Shown piece by piece: positions 37,224 to 47,717 of a stretch of 52,402 nt of DNA; positions within the stretch are counted from its first letter, which is position 1; each line of letters begins with the position of its first letter. Under the pieces are notes generated by a model that was not told the DNA's origin, did no database searches, and saw nothing but the letters and a program-made list of their open reading frames with translations. The position numbers and the translations under genes are program-made. This DNA is from Methanothrix sp. Its GTDB lineage: Archaea > Halobacteriota > Methanosarcinia > Methanotrichales > Methanotrichaceae. Location of the stretch: contig JAXGJB010000014.1 in assembly GCA_040770465.1 (NCBI GenBank), forward strand, positions 1-52,402, in the 5' to 3' direction.

Positions 37224-37643
37224 TCAAACGTGTTTGACCTCTGATATATCCTCTTGCTCCGTATCGCCGACGCATCGGAGGAGGTCTTTGCTGGTGATTA
37301 TCCCCACGAGAGCACCACATTCCACCACAGGCAACCTTCTTATGTTGTGCTTGCGCATCATCTCCGCAGCCATTTTTGCGGTGGAGTTGGGGCTTATGGT
37401 CACCAGCGGCGCCGGGGTCATCACCTCCCATATTACGACGTTTCTGGGATCGATACCCTTGGCGAAGACCTGCTTGAAGATGCCCGAGGTGGTTACTATG
37501 CCCACCACCTCTTTGAGAAGACCCCCCTCGACTACAAGAACGCTCCCCCTCTTCTCCCGAACCATCATCTGTATCGCGTCGAAGACGGTGGTATCAACCC
37601 CCACCGTGAGGAGGGGGTAAGTCATCAGATCCCTTACTTTCAT
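37224..37643 (-). CDS. CBS-domain pair protein
   Basis: MKVRDLMT, VGIVT, EVMT, IRRLPVV, LVGIITSKDLL. Confidence 0.9.
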   Translation of the reverse strand: MKVRDLMTYPLLTVGVDTTVFDAIQMMVREKRGSVLVVEGGLLKEVVGIVTTSGIFKQVFAKGIDPRNVVIWEVMTPAPLVTISPNSTAKMAAEMMRKHNIRRLPVVECGALVGIITSKDLLRCVGDTEQEDISEVKHV

Positions 37644-37944
37644 CAGGGCACCCAACCTGCCATCAAAGTTCAAGTTGTTTTGCAGATTATATTAAACTTG
37701 TCGATGGTGAAAGACCGGATCGGAAGCACGACCCGTCGCCGCCCAACAGAGGTTTTCGCAAAGAGATCATCGGGCTCGAAGCAGCCTGCCTCCTACCATC
37801 CTTCGTCCGAATAGGAGATCGCGATGCTGGTCTCTCGCGACCCGACCCTCAAAGAGGAGGCAGACTCTGAACCGGGTGGATAGGGAAAGCCCCCTGACCC
37901 GAGCGCAAGGAGACGCCCGGAACAGGACGGCTCCACTGCGACCT

Positions 37945-39576
37945 TCAAGCTGGCCAGAGACGATCCCATCTCAGCTCCAGGCCCACCGCCGGCTGATCGA
38001 GGCCGAAGCTCTGCAAAACCAGAGGATGGAACTCGCCGAAGGACCCGACCCTCTCGCCCTCCACCAAGAGATCCGCCCTCCTCCCCTCGAGGAACGCCCC
38101 GTCGTCGGAAGGCGCGATCTCGGCCCCAAGAGCGAGCTCCCTGAAGAGAGCATCGACCACAGACCTGACCTCCGCGAAGTCGGCGCCGCTGTGGATGGAC
38201 GCAGCTGCCAGATCCTGCCTCGTCCTCCCCTCCGCCAGAACGTCTCCCAGAGCGAAGATCCTCTGGGGAAGAGGATGGTGCTGGTTTATGGCGAATATCT
38301 CAAGGAGGCTCGGCAGAATCGAGGTCCTGACCATGGTGTGAAGCTCGCTTATGGGGTGGAGGACCCTCGTGATCTGCTGATCCTGGATGGGCCGCCTCAT
38401 CTTCTCGAAGTTCGTCTTCTCGGAAGTCAATGTGAAGGGCATCGTCTCAAGGTACCCAAGCCCCACCATGATCTCCCGGAGTTCGGCCTTTCTCGCCTCC
38501 AGAGGATGGGGCTCGCCGACGGTGACCGTCTTCGGAAGCTCGGCCACCAGGTTGTCGTAGCCGTATCCTTTGGCGGCGTCCTCGAAGATGTCCCAGGTGT
38601 GCATTACGTCCGCCCTGTACGGCGGGACCAGGACTTCCAGCTCCTGATTCTGAACCCTGGTCCCAAACCTCATCTTCTCAAGGCAGGCCGCCAGCTCTCC
38701 GGCCGTCAGATCGAAGCCGATGAGCCCCCTGGCGTCATCGACTTTGACCTTCCACCTGACGGGCTCGAGGTCCGGCAGGACGAGGTCGCCCTCGGGCCTC
38801 TTCACCCGCACCGATTCTATCCTGCCGCCCCGCTCGGCCAGGGCCGTCACCACGATGTTCAGCGCCTTGTAGACTACGGGATCGGTCCCGGTGACGTCTA
38901 TGAAGAGGTCCCTCGTATCGTCCCTGACCCGCGTCAGCTCGCCGTTTATTATCGGCGGGAAGGAGAGGACGTCCCCGTTGGCGTCGGTGATGAGGGGGTA
39001 GCGGTCGAACCCATCCAGGATGGAGGCGTAGCTGACCCCCTTTGGGTGGCGGCTCAGGATGTCGCGCATCGAGAGCTTATCCTCGAAGTCCAGGGGGATG
39101 AATTCGAACGAGGGGTCGGCGGCGAAGTAGGTGAAGGGGGGGACGACCCGAGATATGTCGTGGACCCCTATAGCCACCTTCCGCCGGTTTCTACCGAGCC
39201 CCCAGTGGAGGTCCTCCTGGAGGTCCATGAGGGACTCTATGGCGGGGTCGCTGAACTCAAGGTTCCTCACCACGGCGCAGCCTATGATGGGGCGCACATC
39301 CACGACGGAAGGATCGACCTTGACGACGATATCGCCGGGATGGACCCGATACTCGGGAAGTCCGACCTTCAGGTCAAGGAACCCCTGGAGGGCCCTTGCA
39401 ACCCCTTCGGAGCTGTAGAGGTCGGGCCTGTCGGGGAAGAACTCGACGTCGACGTAATCCTCTTCGTTGCTCTTTCCGATATCGGCGCCCATCATGGCCA
39501 TCCTCGCCATGATTACCTCCCTATTGGCGCCGACCATCTCCTCCAGATCCTCGTAGTACAATCTCACTACCGGCAC
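37945..39576 (-). CDS. pheT: Phenylalanine--tRNA ligase beta subunit
   Basis: DRPDLYSSEG, LQEDLHWGLGRNRRKVAIGVHD, SFPPIIN, VPPYRADVMH, GEFHP. Confidence 0.97.
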   Translation of the reverse strand: MPVVRLYYEDLEEMVGANREVIMARMAMMGADIGKSNEEDYVDVEFFPDRPDLYSSEGVARALQGFLDLKVGLPEYRVHPGDIVVKVDPSVVDVRPIIGCAVVRNLEFSDPAIESLMDLQEDLHWGLGRNRRKVAIGVHDISRVVPPFTYFAADPSFEFIPLDFEDKLSMRDILSRHPKGVSYASILDGFDRYPLITDANGDVLSFPPIINGELTRVRDDTRDLFIDVTGTDPVVYKALNIVVTALAERGGRIESVRVKRPEGDLVLPDLEPVRWKVKVDDARGLIGFDLTAGELAACLEKMRFGTRVQNQELEVLVPPYRADVMHTWDIFEDAAKGYGYDNLVAELPKTVTVGEPHPLEARKAELREIMVGLGYLETMPFTLTSEKTNFEKMRRPIQDQQITRVLHPISELHTMVRTSILPSLLEIFAINQHHPLPQRIFALGDVLAEGRTRQDLAAASIHSGADFAEVRSVVDALFRELALGAEIAPSDDGAFLEGRRADLLVEGERVGSFGEFHPLVLQSFGLDQPAVGLELRWDRLWPA

Positions 39577-39582
39577 GATTGA

Positions 39583-41148
39583 TCACATCCTCGCAAGAGA
39601 CGGCGCGTCCCTCAGCCATCCGACATCCGACTGGTAGAGGAGCCGAAGGTCCTTGAGCCCCAGCCTGAGCATGGCGAGCCTTCCTACGCCAAGCCCCCAG
39701 GCGAGGACCGGATGGTCTATCCCGAAGGGGGCGGTCACCTCTCTTCGAAATACTCCGGCACCGCCGAGCTCCACCCAGCCGAGCCCCTCGATGTACACCT
39801 CTGGCTCGACGGACGGCTCGGTGTAGGGGAAGTAGCCGGGCCTGAACCTCACCTCGTCAAATCCCATCTTGGCGTAGAACTCCTTGAGGACGCCAAGAAG
39901 GTTTGAGAAAGAAAGACCCTCGTCCATGATCACCCCTTCGAGCTGCTCAAACTCCGGGGTGTGGGTCGGGTCGATCGCCTCCCGCCGATAGACCCGGTCT
40001 ATGGAGAAGGCCTTAACCGGCGGGTTTGGATGATCTGCCAGGTACTTGATGGTGACCGAGGTGGTGTGGGTCCTGAGAACCTCCCGCCGGGCCACCTCCG
40101 GGTCCCACGTCCCGCCCCAGCCGGTGGAGCCGACATCCCCGCCGCTCTCGTGCATATCCTTGACCCGAGCGTAATCGGGGATCTCGGCCCTGGAGTCGAG
40201 GTAGAAGGTGTCCTGCATCTCCCGAGCCGGATGGTCCTGGGGCTGGAAGAGGGCGTCGAAGTTCCAGTAGCTCGGCTGGACGATCTCGCCCTTGATCTCC
40301 GAAAAGCCCATCTCCAGCATGATCTCCCTCATCCTCGAAAGGAGGCGCTGGTATGGGTGGACCTTTCCGAGGTAGACCCGCTCGGCGGGGAGGGTGACGT
40401 CGTAGGGTCTGGCGCGATGAAGCCCACCATTGTATCGGAAGTAGCTGTCGCCCTTTTTTTCTGCGCCCCAAACACCATTTTTGATCATGTCAGAGGTGAT
40501 CCGATTGACAGAAACGTAGAGATCAACTTCATCGGATTCCATTTTATATTGAGCTTGACCAACTTTTAAACTGTATGTGGATTTCTCAAGCTCAGATCTT
40601 CCGGCATCGGTGATCTCGAAGCCCCAGGACTTTTGAACCCTCGACTCTACGAGTTCCCTGCTCTTCAAGACCTTCAGGGTCCCTTCATCCAGAGCCGAGG
40701 CACTGGTCACGCCCTGGAAGCTGAGCGCCGCCAGAATCTCTTCGTCCGTTCCTGCCGGCGCCAGCCCAGTCGGCCTGATCTTTCCCGCATCGACGGTGGC
40801 CCAGCCCTTCTTCTTCAGCCAGCCGATCCCGACCTTGAGGGAGGGATCTTTGATCTCGGATATGGGAACTCCATCGGCCCCGACGATCTCGAGAATCCTC
40901 CTCTCGGGAAGGCCGATCTCAGCGTATCGAGCCCCCTCCTCGGTGAGGGCGTAGACCTCCTCCACCCTCTTGTCAAGGCTGACGAGACCCATCTCGGCTA
41001 GCCCTTCCGCCGAGGAGATGACCGAGACCTCCTTGATCTTGAGCTTCTCGGCGATCTTCCTGGGATCGGTGAGACCGTCCGAGATCTCTTTCAGCACCTG
41101 CCTATCCCTTGGTGATAGTTTGGAGAGCGTATCATCTTCTGATGGCAT
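39583..41148 (-). CDS. pheS: Phenylalanine--tRNA ligase alpha subunit (archaeal type)
   Basis: WNFDALFQPQDHPAREMQDTF, LRTHTT, YFPYTEPS, ELGGAGVFR, AWGLG. Confidence 0.97.
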   Translation of the reverse strand: MPSEDDTLSKLSPRDRQVLKEISDGLTDPRKIAEKLKIKEVSVISSAEGLAEMGLVSLDKRVEEVYALTEEGARYAEIGLPERRILEIVGADGVPISEIKDPSLKVGIGWLKKKGWATVDAGKIRPTGLAPAGTDEEILAALSFQGVTSASALDEGTLKVLKSRELVESRVQKSWGFEITDAGRSELEKSTYSLKVGQAQYKMESDEVDLYVSVNRITSDMIKNGVWGAEKKGDSYFRYNGGLHRARPYDVTLPAERVYLGKVHPYQRLLSRMREIMLEMGFSEIKGEIVQPSYWNFDALFQPQDHPAREMQDTFYLDSRAEIPDYARVKDMHESGGDVGSTGWGGTWDPEVARREVLRTHTTSVTIKYLADHPNPPVKAFSIDRVYRREAIDPTHTPEFEQLEGVIMDEGLSFSNLLGVLKEFYAKMGFDEVRFRPGYFPYTEPSVEPEVYIEGLGWVELGGAGVFRREVTAPFGIDHPVLAWGLGVGRLAMLRLGLKDLRLLYQSDVGWLRDAPSLARM

Positions 41149-41272
41149 TATGATCAACCTTTACGAAATCGCGATCTTCAAGGGTAGGCAGATGCGAGAA
41201 CCATATATTAAACCTGCCCGCCTCTAGCCAGAGATGAAAGAAGGAGATAAAAGAAGAGAGAAAAGGTACTGT

Positions 41273-41986
41273 TCAGGGGATTGGATAGCTCTCCAGCTCT
41301 TCAAGAGCATCCAGCACCCCTCGGACTGACATCTCCATGAACCTTTCCCCCTTCTCTTTGGAGGCCTTCGATGGGTCGCCCATGATGCCGTTTCCCATAA
41401 GGTGCCTCACATCCCTCATGATCAGGTATCTCGGCCTCGGAGGAAAGTGCTTTTCGGGAAGGCTTCGCACCAGGTCTTCCCGGATGACCAGCATCCTCGA
41501 GGTCTCGATCTCTCCGGCGTGGCCGTCTCCTGGGGTTTCGACTCCGCTTGAATCGATCAGGTCGAAGTCGGAGACGAGGCTCACCCGAAGGTCTCTTGAT
41601 GCTGCGGCCCGCTCGGCCGCCTCCTTCAGGGCGGCAAGGTGCTGGCCGCCGGCGTGGCCCGTGAGGATCAGAACCGCCTCAAACCCCGAGTCTCGAAAGG
41701 CCGAGAGTAGGTCGAGGACCAGGATCCTCAGCGCCTCGGGGCTGATGGAGATCGTCCCCGGGAAGCCCCGGGTCGACCTGCAGACCCCGTAGTGGACCGG
41801 CGGCGCGACGAAGACGGGCCTTCGCCGGGCCACCTCTTTTGCCACCTCGATGGCCTGGATGGTATCGGTGAAGGTGGGGAGGTGGGGGCCGTGCTCCTCG
41901 GTCGCCCCCACCGGCAGGATCACGGTCCTGGTCTTCTCCAAGCCGGCCTCGATCTCCGTCCAGGTCATCTCCTCAAGGAGCATCAT
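41273..41986 (-). CDS. Creatininase/ArfB-like amidohydrolase family protein
   Basis: PVGATEEHGPHLP, FPGTIS, GHAGG, HAGEIETS, GIMGDP; ATGA overlap with the aglB stop. Confidence 0.88.
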   Translation of the reverse strand: MMLLEEMTWTEIEAGLEKTRTVILPVGATEEHGPHLPTFTDTIQAIEVAKEVARRRPVFVAPPVHYGVCRSTRGFPGTISISPEALRILVLDLLSAFRDSGFEAVLILTGHAGGQHLAALKEAAERAAASRDLRVSLVSDFDLIDSSGVETPGDGHAGEIETSRMLVIREDLVRSLPEKHFPPRPRYLIMRDVRHLMGNGIMGDPSKASKEKGERFMEMSVRGVLDALEELESYPIP

Positions 41987-44691
41987 ATGGCGATCGAACT
42001 CCCGACAATTACGGCTCCTTCGGGGACTCGAACTTCATACTGGACGCCGCCCGCCTTCAAAGTGTAGGGACCGATGGGACCGGCGTCGAAGTTGGTGCTC
42101 CAGGAGGCGGGACCCTCGGTGGAGTAGGGGACGACCAGGGAGAAGCTGCCGTTGGAGTCGGCTACCGTCGACTGCCTGTATTCGAAGTTTCTCCCGCGGT
42201 TGGTCGCTATGGGAACGGATATGACGACCTCGGACCCCGGCGACGCCTGGCCGGTGATGGTGGCCCCGGGAACGTGCTCGAAGATCTTGACGTACTTCTG
42301 GCCGTTGGAGGTGACGGAGCTCTGGGACTCGTGGACCAGCCGATAATGGCCGAGAGCCTCCAGAGGCGCCGAGGTGACGGCCGGGGTTTGAGAGACCACT
42401 TCGGCCGCGTCGTAGCCGCTGGCGAAGCTATCGTTGACGCTGTCGAGGAGCTCCTGGTAGTTTCGAGACCGCTTCTGAGGCTCGACGGATATTCCGCCCT
42501 GGCCGTCAGAGCGGAAGGCCATGGCCCACCCCTCCTGAACGCCGGTCTCGGTCCCGTCGAAGAAGTGGAGCCTTGCAACCATCGTCCTGAAGTAGGAAGG
42601 CCTGTAGATCATGATCGGCTGGTTGTCCTGCCAGTAGTTGAACTCGTACGTTCCAGGATTTATGTTGCTCCAGGCGGCTATGGCGTGGAACTTGCCCATC
42701 GCCATCTCGACGTCGGTGACCACGTACCTGATGTTGGAGTAAGGAGACCGGTTCAAATCTAGGCCAGACGCGACTGCTTCGGCTTCGGACTCATTCTCGG
42801 CCAGGAAGAAGGGGGACGAACCGGCCCTCCCGGTCTCTTTGCTTCCTATCCCCTGCTGGAAGGGGTTGGCGTTAGGAATCCTTTCGCCTATCGCCTCGAT
42901 CCAGGTGCCGTAGTCCCACCAGGACATGATCCCATAGGCGGAATCGGGGTAGGAGTACTCCTCGCCCTCAGGCGGCCGATGGTAAATGGTGTAGATATCC
43001 ATCCCCGGCTCGGGGGTGTTATCCTTGAGCCAGACCAGGGAATCGTACCAGTCAGACTGAATGGGGCCGACCTGGTACTCTGAGTGGAAGCTTCCAATAT
43101 TAACTCCCTGGACCGTCCCGAACATGGCCGGATAGACGAAGAGGATAGCGAGGATGAAGACTGCCCCGAGGTTGATGAGGAGGCAGTTCTGGTCTATGGA
43201 CTCGTCGGACGATCCCTTCGCCATCCTGACGACGGCATCTTCCAGCTCCAGAAACCGGGTCTTGTCGAGGATTACCGATCCCAGGTACCCGGAGAGGAAG
43301 GCGACGTTGATGGCGTAGTAGTAGGCGAACCTGTTCTGGGCGAAGGTGAGGGCGAGCATCATCACCGTCCAGACCAGGATCAGCATCTCAGGACTGTGAC
43401 CATCGTCTCTGCGGTACCTCTGAAGTAGGAGAGGTAGAGCCAGGAGTGTCAGCCAGAATGGCGAGAGGATGGATATCAGCCCCGGGAAGTTCCTCTGGAT
43501 GCCGTACCTCCCCGGCTCCAGGATCGAAGATGCCTCCGATATGGTGGCCGCACCGCCGCTCCTGGGCTCGAATATCCTCAAACCGCTGGTCAGAGATGCC
43601 GCGAACTGGGGAACCGCCACCATCAGGATCACAAAGACCACGGCCACCGCCCCGACGACGATCAGGGGGAAGTAGCGCCTATCCATCTTTCGCAAAACCA
43701 GCTGGTTCGAGATCAAAGATAGGAGCAGAACGAAGACGATCCCGGTGATCAGCATGATGGGCTGGAAGATGGAGTAATAGACGAAGGCGAAGCCGTTTTG
43801 GACGCTGACGAAGGGGAGGATCAAGAGGAGGGTGATCAGGAAGGTGATCGATCCTGCGATCCCCAGATACTCCACGTTCCTTCCCCGGAGGTGATCGACG
43901 ATGCTCTGGATGGTGATGAAGGCGAGGAGAATCCCCACGAAGAGGTGGCCTGACGCCCAGGCGTCGATATAAAGCCCCAAAAATAGGCCAGCCAATACGG
44001 AGAAGGCGATGGGCCTCTTCAAAGCCTTAAGGTCTCCTCCGCGAAGAGAGGCGAAGGTGAGCTTGCCAGCGCCATACCGGACCGCGAGCATGAAAAATAG
44101 CATCGCCGTTGTGCTGAGAAGCACCTCCGCAGCGTGGTGGTCGGTGAACCCTATGATCGATCGCGACAGGAACTGGCCGGGCAGAACGGCGATCATGACC
44201 GCGGCCATGAAACCCGCCGTCCGCCCACCAAGCTCCCGCCCCAGGAAGTAGACGGGAATTATCAAAAGGGCCCCTAAAAGGGCAGGAAAGATCGCCCCCA
44301 CAACCTCGGCGGTATGCATGCTGGGAGTTCCCAGATCCGCTATGTAAGAGAGGATGGTGATCGCCCAGCTGTTGAAGGGGCCGTAGGCTATCTCCGTCCC
44401 GCCGGGGAAGTAGGTCATGGGATCAAACCACGGACGGTGGTGATTTATGATCGTGCTCTTGGCCAGCATCATGTGGTACCAGGGATCGTTGCCGTCGAAG
44501 AAGACGGAGTCTCCGACGAAGATGCGAGACATGGGTCTGTAGATCCTCAGGTAGAGCGAGAAGAGGAAGACCAAGGCGAGGCCAGCGTAGACGTAAAGAT
44601 CGGGGATCCGTTCCAACCCCCGCTTCTTGGGCGCCGGCCGATCCGTCCTCTCAGCGCTCTTTTTTTTCTCCTTCACCGATTTCTTGGTCAT
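41983..44691 (-). CDS. aglB: Oligosaccharyltransferase AglB (STT3 family)
   Basis: GNDPWYH, WFDPMTYFP, FTDHH, TISEA, QNRFAYY, SWWDYG, NANPFQQG; start taken at ATG 44691. Confidence 0.96.
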   Translation of the reverse strand: MTKKSVKEKKKSAERTDRPAPKKRGLERIPDLYVYAGLALVFLFSLYLRIYRPMSRIFVGDSVFFDGNDPWYHMMLAKSTIINHHRPWFDPMTYFPGGTEIAYGPFNSWAITILSYIADLGTPSMHTAEVVGAIFPALLGALLIIPVYFLGRELGGRTAGFMAAVMIAVLPGQFLSRSIIGFTDHHAAEVLLSTTAMLFFMLAVRYGAGKLTFASLRGGDLKALKRPIAFSVLAGLFLGLYIDAWASGHLFVGILLAFITIQSIVDHLRGRNVEYLGIAGSITFLITLLLILPFVSVQNGFAFVYYSIFQPIMLITGIVFVLLLSLISNQLVLRKMDRRYFPLIVVGAVAVVFVILMVAVPQFAASLTSGLRIFEPRSGGAATISEASSILEPGRYGIQRNFPGLISILSPFWLTLLALPLLLQRYRRDDGHSPEMLILVWTVMMLALTFAQNRFAYYYAINVAFLSGYLGSVILDKTRFLELEDAVVRMAKGSSDESIDQNCLLINLGAVFILAILFVYPAMFGTVQGVNIGSFHSEYQVGPIQSDWYDSLVWLKDNTPEPGMDIYTIYHRPPEGEEYSYPDSAYGIMSWWDYGTWIEAIGERIPNANPFQQGIGSKETGRAGSSPFFLAENESEAEAVASGLDLNRSPYSNIRYVVTDVEMAMGKFHAIAAWSNINPGTYEFNYWQDNQPIMIYRPSYFRTMVARLHFFDGTETGVQEGWAMAFRSDGQGGISVEPQKRSRNYQELLDSVNDSFASGYDAAEVVSQTPAVTSAPLEALGHYRLVHESQSSVTSNGQKYVKIFEHVPGATITGQASPGSEVVISVPIATNRGRNFEYRQSTVADSNGSFSLVVPYSTEGPASWSTNFDAGPIGPYTLKAGGVQYEVRVPEGAVIVGSSIAI

Positions 44692-45054
44692 CGTGCCGCA
44701 AGAACCTTGTTCAATCCAGATAAACATTTTGAAGCCGGGTTTGGAGACCCCATATCAGCCGAAAAGGCGACTATAGATGATTGGGAGATGGCCGCCAAGA
44801 TCGATCGTAAGGGACAGGAGATGCGCAGAAGGCCGATGACATGCCGGTTTCCCAACAAAAGGATGCCTCACATTCATCACCGGCTATAGACGATCGGGGA
44901 GACGATCGGGGTAGATGCGCCGCGGCCTCCGTTCCGAGCTTCAGGCAGAAGCCCAACATCCAGCATCAGCCTGAGATCCGGCTGACTGCCGTCCAGAAGT
45001 CGAAGGTTAAAGATTAAAACCTTTGGAGCGTCTGTCAGTTATTGGAGGAATTCG

Positions 45055-45516
45055 ATGGAGAAGATATCAGACATAAAGGGACTTGGAGGAATGCTGAACG
45101 GATTTAGGGATCTTGTGAAAGACGACGGAAGCGTGACCTTCGTGGGGACTCCCGGGTTCTGCACTCCTTTCGCCACGTTTCTCGGCTTTCCCATCCGAGA
45201 CAAGAAGCTCGCCTTCGTCCCGAACCTGGAGATCGAGAAGACGAGAGCCCTTGTGGCCACAAAGTACGGGATGGAGCTGGGCGAGGCCACAACCCCCGAC
45301 GCCGACGTGGTGGTGATCCTGGGAGGGATGGCGATGCCGAAGATCGGCGTGACGATCGATGAGATGGCGGCCTTTCTCGCGAAGGTCCAGCATAAGAAGC
45401 TGATAGGGGTCTGCTTCATGGGGATCCTCGAGCAGGCGGGATGGTGCGGTACCCCGGCTCTGGGATTCGACTACGTCATGAACACCAACCTCATGGGGGA
45501 CATATCCGGAAAGTAG
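45055..45516 (+). CDS. DUF2124-family protein (methanogen-associated)
   Basis: GTPGFCTPFA, LGGMAMPK, IGVCFMG, FDY; GGAGG RBS. Confidence 0.8.
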   Translation: MEKISDIKGLGGMLNGFRDLVKDDGSVTFVGTPGFCTPFATFLGFPIRDKKLAFVPNLEIEKTRALVATKYGMELGEATTPDADVVVILGGMAMPKIGVTIDEMAAFLAKVQHKKLIGVCFMGILEQAGWCGTPALGFDYVMNTNLMGDISGK

Positions 45517-45602
45517 GACCGCCTTCTCGAAGGGGAGATATCTGACAAAAAGGCAGGTTAAAAAGACGAATTTAAAGTCCGGAAAGATGAAAAACTGAAT
45601 TC

Positions 45603-45680
45603 TGGTGGGCCCGACGCGATTCGAACGCGTGACCTCACGGTTATCAGCCGTGCGCTCCAACCATGCTAAGCTACGGGCCC
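45603..45680 (-). tRNA. tRNA-Ile(GAT), CCA encoded
   Basis: Minus strand GGGCCCG...CACGG-CTGATAA-CCGTG...GTTCGAATC...CGGGCCCA-CCA. Confidence 0.96.
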
Positions 45681-45889
45681 GGCAGCTTTTCTGATTGAGC
45701 CACCCCTTAATAACAGTTTCCCTAGAGGGGGCTCAAGACCGAGAAGGAAAATGTGTCGCCCAATAGCGCATCTCTGAATGGTGCAACTCTCACCTTCCTC
45801 CCGACGAATAAGGCCTGACTCCCGAATTCATTTCGGCCTTTCGACAGAGTTAAATCTTCGATGGATGAGGATCTGAGGGTGATTATGAG

Positions 45890-46264
45890 ATGGCCGAAGC
45901 TGAAATCGAGAAAAAAGAGGATCTTTCCGGGCTCTATGACCTGGCGATTCCCATAGGGATGCCCCTCAGCGTGATCCAGGATCTGGTGGACAGGTTCGAG
46001 CTGGAGCCGATCAGAAGGAACGCCAAGGTCGGCCTTCTGGACAACGAGACGGAAGAAAGAGAGATCCTCGTCCTCCGCGGCGACTTCAGTACGGTGAAGG
46101 CAGCTGAGAAGTACATGTTCGAAGCCCTCGACCGGAGGATTGCGAGATGGGATAAGGACGAGCGATCCGATCGGTACAGAGAGATGTACGAAAAGAACGC
46201 CGATAAGAGGAGACAGATGGTGAAAGAGAGGATCACAGAAAGAAAGGACGAACTCGACTTCTGA
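45890..46264 (+). CDS. Hypothetical protein (small, charged)
   Basis: 124-aa ORF with host-like codon usage; YDLAIPIGMP...LVLRGD pattern; function unknown. Confidence 0.7.
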   Translation: MAEAEIEKKEDLSGLYDLAIPIGMPLSVIQDLVDRFELEPIRRNAKVGLLDNETEEREILVLRGDFSTVKAAEKYMFEALDRRIARWDKDERSDRYREMYEKNADKRRQMVKERITERKDELDF

Positions 46265-46291
46265 TCGATCGGTCAACCGGCCCGGTTCGGC

Positions 46292-47059
46292 TCAGAGAAC
46301 CCCCATCATCTTATGGGCCTGGGGTATGACCACCACATCTCCAAGATGCTCCGACGCCGTCTCGAAGAGGTTCGTGAGCTTCTCGGGGCCCGGCATCTGC
46401 ATGCCCGAAGCGGGCTGGAGGACGACCGCAACGTTCAGCCCCTCAAGGCGAGGGCAGATCCTTTCGATCTCCTCTTTCAATGTCGAGTCCAGGATGACGA
46501 TCTTGGCGATGGTGACAACTCCCTTCTTCGAGGCTTCCTCGATGCAGGCCAGCTCGTTTTCGATGAGGCGGCCCTGTTTCTTTTTTGAAGTCGCCCTGGA
46601 GCTTGGAAGCTTTATGTCGACGGCAGCAAAGTCGATCCAGGGGATCAGCTTTGAGAACCGATTTTTTGAGAAGCCGTTCGTCTCGAAGTAGACGGGGCGG
46701 CCCTCGGAGGCGCAGCTCATGGCCAGGGATTCTGCGAACTCGGGCTGGCAGAGGGGTTCGCCCCCGGTTATCGAGACGCTGTGGGTGCCTTTTGTCCAGA
46801 GGGAGAAGACCTGTTCCATCGTCCAGGCCAACGTCACCGGGTTATTTGCCTGCCGAAAAAGCCCCGGTACTGAGGGGTCTTCGACGCCGCAAAACGCGAC
46901 GTCGCGACGAAATTTAGGGGAATCGCAGTAAGAGCAGGAGAGGTTGCAGCCGGCGGTCCTGACGAAGACCTGCCTCCTTCCTATGAGGGGGCCCTCGCCC
47001 TGAAAGGAGGAGAAGATCTCCCCCAGAAAGCCGATCTCATCGATACTCTGTGGGATCAA
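46292..47059 (-). CDS. queE: 7-carboxy-7-deazaguanine synthase (radical SAM)
   Basis: EIFSSFQGEG, GCNLSCSYCDS, SITGGEP, ETNG, IPQAHK; downstream of queD and queC. Confidence 0.92.
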   Translation of the reverse strand: MIPQSIDEIGFLGEIFSSFQGEGPLIGRRQVFVRTAGCNLSCSYCDSPKFRRDVAFCGVEDPSVPGLFRQANNPVTLAWTMEQVFSLWTKGTHSVSITGGEPLCQPEFAESLAMSCASEGRPVYFETNGFSKNRFSKLIPWIDFAAVDIKLPSSRATSKKKQGRLIENELACIEEASKKGVVTIAKIVILDSTLKEEIERICPRLEGLNVAVVLQPASGMQMPGPEKLTNLFETASEHLGDVVVIPQAHKMMGVL

Positions 47060-47717
47060 CGACCCCCGCCTCCAAAAAGCCGAACCTCCGGTGCTTGCAG
47101 GCCTCGCACTCGCCGCAGTGGACGTCGCCGTTGAGGTAGCAGGACCAGGTCAGCTCCATGGGCGCTCCGACCTTTGCTCCCAGCCTCACGATATCGGGCT
47201 TGAGAAGATCGACGAGAGGAGCCTCGATCTTCGGCGGTCTGCTGAAGGAGGCGACCGACTTCTCCAGGAGGAAGTTGAACCTCTCCACGAACTCCGGCCT
47301 GTTGTCAGGGTATGATCGCCCCTCCTCGGCGTTGAAGCCGACGTAAATCCGCTCGGCTCCGATCGCCTCGGCGCGGGCTGCGGCCATCGAACCGAAGACG
47401 AGGTTTCGGCAGTATACCCAGGTGGAGGGCGTGGATGTGGTGTTGACGATATCGACATCGTCGCCCGACGGGATCGCGGCCTCGGCGGTCGTCAGGGGCG
47501 TCATATTCCTGAATAGATCCGTCCGGGCAAACCTCACCTCGGATGCGCCAAAGGCCTCCGCTATCTCCCCGATCGCCTTTTTTTCCCTCGCCTCGGCCTT
47601 CTGGCCGTAGAGGACGTGGAAGATGGAGATATCAAAGCCGTCGGCCAACGCTTTTGCCGCCGCCACCGTCGAGTCGAGACCTCCGGAGCATAGGCATACC
47701 GCCTTCGGTTTCGTCAT
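47037..47717 (-). CDS. queC: 7-cyano-7-deazaguanine (preQ0) synthase
   Basis: SGGLDS, YGQK, RN, YPDNRPEF, TWSCY, HCGECEAC; ATG 47717 overlaps the queD stop. Confidence 0.95.
   Translation of the reverse strand: MTKPKAVCLCSGGLDSTVAAAKALADGFDISIFHVLYGQKAEAREKKAIGEIAEAFGASEVRFARTDLFRNMTPLTTAEAAIPSGDDVDIVNTTSTPSTWVYCRNLVFGSMAAARAEAIGAERIYVGFNAEEGRSYPDNRPEFVERFNFLLEKSVASFSRPPKIEAPLVDLLKPDIVRLGAKVGAPMELTWSCYLNGDVHCGECEACKHRRFGFLEAGVVDPTEYR

Noticed and set aside
37876-39582. 568-aa plus-strand ORF and similar long antisense ORFs (e.g. 23514-24647, 3882-4685, 26868-27839)
   Set aside because: Shadow frames opposite well-supported genes, expected at high GC with strong codon bias; no motifs
40410-40600. 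Intein or intron in pheS
   Set aside because: Too short, no intein terminal residues, frame uninterrupted and no evident bulge-helix-bulge
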